Shown: positions 39,601 to 41,568 of the stretch, one piece after another
How positions within the stretch are numbered: the first letter of the stretch is position 1
Layout of the letters: every line of letters begins with the position of its first letter
Origin: Chamaesiphon sp.
GTDB taxonomy: Bacteria; Cyanobacteriota; Cyanobacteriia; Cyanobacteriales; Chamaesiphonaceae
DNA: 41,568 nt
NCBI GenBank assembly: GCA_965246715.1
Contig: CBDFFH010000013.1
Span: 1-41,568 of the forward strand
Direction: 5' to 3'
Made by a program: the position numbers and the translations under genes
The notes under the pieces: model-generated
What the model was told of the DNA's origin: nothing
Databases searched by the model: none
What the model saw: the letters and a program-made list of their open reading frames with translations, nothing else

Positions 39601-39662
39601 AACTCATTGCCGAACTGTTAAGCAAGGAAGTATATCAGCAACTTTTAGATCTCAAGTATTAG
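36612..39662 (+). CDS. hsdR: Type I restriction endonuclease subunit R
   Basis: DL...LNGIP...ELKN nuclease motif, HSAGSGKS, DEAH, FTATP, KYQTGFDQP, QTLSRLNR. Confidence 0.96.
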   Translation: MSIHTETDFESAIESHLLQHGYLKLNSKAFDCDRVIFPATAIEFIQQTQPQEWARLEQLHRDNTADRILSDLCKWLDTYGSLQILRHGFKCYGRTLRIAYFKAAHNLNPELEHQYRANQVSITRQLRYRKPDKKSTYTVNLPAPKSGIIDLTLSLNGIPLITLELKNPLTGQTAADAKHQYRADRDPRAPIFEFKRRTLVHFAVDTEVVWMTTRLAGNATYFLPFNQGNAGTPGNPPDPQGRNYRTAYLWEEVLQRDSLLDLFARFLHLQEDEKRDDEGRKFTKETLIFPRYHQLQAVRSLVQAAQSEGVGHNYLIEHSAGSGKSNTIGWLTHRLSSLHNDRDERIFDSVIVITDRRVLDRQLQSTIYQFEHRQGVVQKIDKDAKQLTTALETAVPIIITTLQKFPHVTKQLLKLAEERQQGSALLPTRRCAVIIDEAHSSQSGESAIELKGVLGGEQLQAAAQLQAEAEGLPEMAELFRSMSMRSHQANLSFFAFTATPKHKTRKFFGREGRSFHQYTMQQAIEEGFIMDVLSNYTTYATYYKLTHNATTDPHVERKAAAAALARFIRLHPHNIAQKTEVIVEHFNTVSRHKIGGKAKAMVVTSSRLEAVRYKESFDKYIRDRKYSIKSLVAFSGIVTDDKIPTKTYTEELMNGVREKELPDRFATNEYQVLLVAEKYQTGFDQPLLHSMYIDRRLSGIQAVQTLSRLNRIHPLKEDTFILDFINDREEIRTAFQQFYAGAEMGEEATPDRLYELMTELDRVGIYLSEEIDRFCQIYFKPKQRQSAADRQSINAILDPVVDRFSDFQIDNSDDATLWRDRLTAFRKLYAFLSQVIPYQDSDLEKHYVFLRHLGAKLPHRDRTTQYDFDGEVRLEYYRLQKISEGSIDLNRGYGQPLYGPKNVGSSKVSESSVSLSQLVTVINDRFGTNFNRADGLFFEQLISIALTSTELQQAANANSPENFQLLFKQILESLFIDRVEQNEEIFARYMNDNSFQKLIAELLSKEVYQQLLDLKY

Positions 39663-39812
39663 CAATATATCGCCGAAATTTTCAGATCGTTGGGTAAGCT
39701 GACATCGCAGCAGGTCGTTGATGCTGTTGGATGTACAGATCTTGCCACCCCAGATGTATACTCGATCGCCACGGCGGACGCGATAAAATCTGCAATAAAT
39801 CACTTAGTATTT

Positions 39813-39934
39813 AAGATTCATTTGTCTCCTCCAGATCGGATCGATCGAGACTGGCTATAGTCACCGAACATTCAATCGCGGTAAACGATATTGAAAGATT
39901 CTGTGTCCTCCAGATTGGATCGATCGAGACTGGC
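39813..39934 (+). repeat. ~40-bp direct repeat pair
   Basis: AAGATTC...CCTCCAGAT(C/T)GGATCGATCGAGACTGGC at 39813-39855 and 39895-39934. Confidence 0.75.
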
Positions 39935-41067
39935 CAGGTAATGGTAAGCGAATTGTTTCTCCAGGGTAACAGAGATCGTCCCTTGATGGCGATTTTCGAC
40001 AATCCGCCTGACAATATCCAAGCCCAGTCCCGTGCCTTCTCCCACTGGTTTGGTGGTAAAGAAGGCTTCAAAGATCCGCGATTGGATCTCTGGCGGAATG
40101 CCCGTGCCATTGTCGGCAATCTCAACGCAAACTGTATTGCCATCCCGCACCGTGGTAATTGTCAGCCGACCCTTACCAGCCATTGCATCGATCGCGTTAT
40201 CGATTAAATTCGTCCATCCCTGATTGAGTTCGCTCCCATAAGCCTCGATCTGGGGCAAGGTGCGATCGTAACAACGGCGCACTTCGATCCCCGACTTGAG
40301 CCGATATCCATAGATTTGCAGCGTATCCTCGATGCCTTGATGCACGTCTACCAACTGCCGTACCCCGCGATCGAGATAGGAGTATGCTTTCATCGAGGTT
40401 ACTAGTGCCTCAATCCGTTCGGCTCCGCGCAACCCGCTGTTAATCATCGATAGGACATCAAATGAGAGTGCCAACCATCGCACCCCCAGATCCCGAAGTT
40501 CGGTGGGATCGTCCCGCCAGGGAGCGATGAGCGCGTCTAATGTTTGGACCTCGATCCCGCCGAGCGCTAGCGGTGCAGCCAGGATTCCAGGCATTAGCCA
40601 CCCCGTAATCTTCCAGCCATGTGAGCAACTCCTCCTCACGTTGGCAGAGCCTCTCTTGTGGAGAATCGCTTAACGTTGTCAAGTCTAGGCGATCGGGTAA
40701 AATCGTCTTGTAACCCACACTCATGCAGCAATGTCCGAAAATCCTCTTCGGCAATTTCATAAGTCATACAGTTGGTGATAGCGTATAAGGTCACCGATAC
40801 GGGTTCATCAGTCAACAGCGGTGCTTCCCCACAGAAGGCTAGTGCTACATGTTTGCCGAGCGGCATATCTAATCCCTCACTGGTGCGTGTCACCCCGATT
40901 TGACCCAAGATTAGCGCAAATACGCCCAGCGCACGATCGCCTTCTTTGACGAGAATTTCGCCAGCAGTTAGCTCGACTTTCCGAGCGCGATCGCATACCC
41001 ACTCCAGTCGCGCTGGCGGCAGTTGTTGAAACAAATCGAGCTTAGCGAGATCTTCGACACATAGCAT
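39872..41067 (-). pseudogene. cNMP-binding-domain sensor histidine kinase, degraded (internal deletion, frameshifts)
   Basis: N-terminal cNMP domain; HATPase boxes NLIDNAIDAM, DNGTGI, FFTTKP, GTGLGL split over three frames; no H-box seen. Confidence 0.85.
40641..40664 (+). mobile_element. 24-nt small dispersed element at CG^ATCG (adds SPQERLCQ)
   Basis: CG|TTGGCAGAGCCTCTCTTGTGGAGA|ATCG. Confidence 0.85.
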
Positions 41068-41346
41068 CGCTTCAGCTCCTGATGGCTAATTTCCAGTTGG
41101 TGGCAGTCAGCAGTAATATCTCGACCTCGATTTACAAAAAGTGCTTGTAGTATATCCTAAAGAATGATACCATCGATCGCCAGCGCGGCACATCGATCCA
41201 TAGAAAGATCTGTATTCGAGCTAATCTGTGTCGATCGGGGGATAAGATCGTTTTCCAATTCAGATGTATCGATTTTAGTAGTGGTACTGAAACGAGTCTA
41301 AAAGCTGCATCTTCGAGAGCGAGAATCCAACAACAACCGATGGTAG

Positions 41347-41568
41347 CTAGAGATCGTCATCAAACGATCGTGCTGAAGATATTGCCGAGATCGAGGCTAA
41401 CTTATTGGGGATATTTCTACATCCTCCCGGAATTGTTTGCCGCGACGTTTCTCCACACCAGGCACAACAGTATTGGCGCTGTTCTTCAGACAGCTCGCGG
41501 ACATTCGTAAAATCGAGATCTTCAACTACCGCACCTGTATATTCGCCAGTAGTATAGTTGGGTGGTTC
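41347..41568 (-). CDS. C-terminal end of a probable pentapeptide-repeat protein (5' part outside the window)
   Basis: Manual translation EPPNYTTGEYTGAVVEDLDFTNVRELSEEQRQYCCAWCGETSRQTIPGGCRNIPNKL...*. Confidence 0.6.
   Translation of the reverse strand, partial: EPPNYTTGEYTGAVVEDLDFTNVRELSEEQRQYCCAWCGETSRQTIPGGCRNIPNKLASISAISSARSFDDDL

Overview
Cyanobacterial chromosomal window, extremely rich in CGATCG/TCGATCGA (HIP1-like core; Chamaesiphon-like by inference). Core genes are mutS, a Cof-type HAD hydrolase, polA, a thylakoid thioredoxin-like factor and chlM. There is also a probable Yfr2-family sRNA. Accessory content has four parts. (i) A same-strand cassette array of toxin-antitoxin and small genes around polA, punctuated by three ~65-95 bp REP-containing repeats and by duplicated pieces of polA itself. 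(ii) An exported methionine-sulfoxide/redox repair cluster (Trx-CcdA-cyt b-Mo oxidoreductase-MsrA) beside a frameshifted OmpR regulator. (iii) A type I restriction-modification locus (hsdM-hsdS...hsdR) with a Septu/PtuAB-like ABC-ATPase + HNH pair embedded in it. Its hsdS is broken by an ISKra4-like element that carries a nested ISL3, and the HNH gene is broken by a second, identical ISL3. (iv) A 23-24 nt micro-element inserted at CG^ATCG in three unrelated genes. An IS630 element and several pseudogenes and IS remnants are also present. Family names come from motif recognition by eye, not from database searches.
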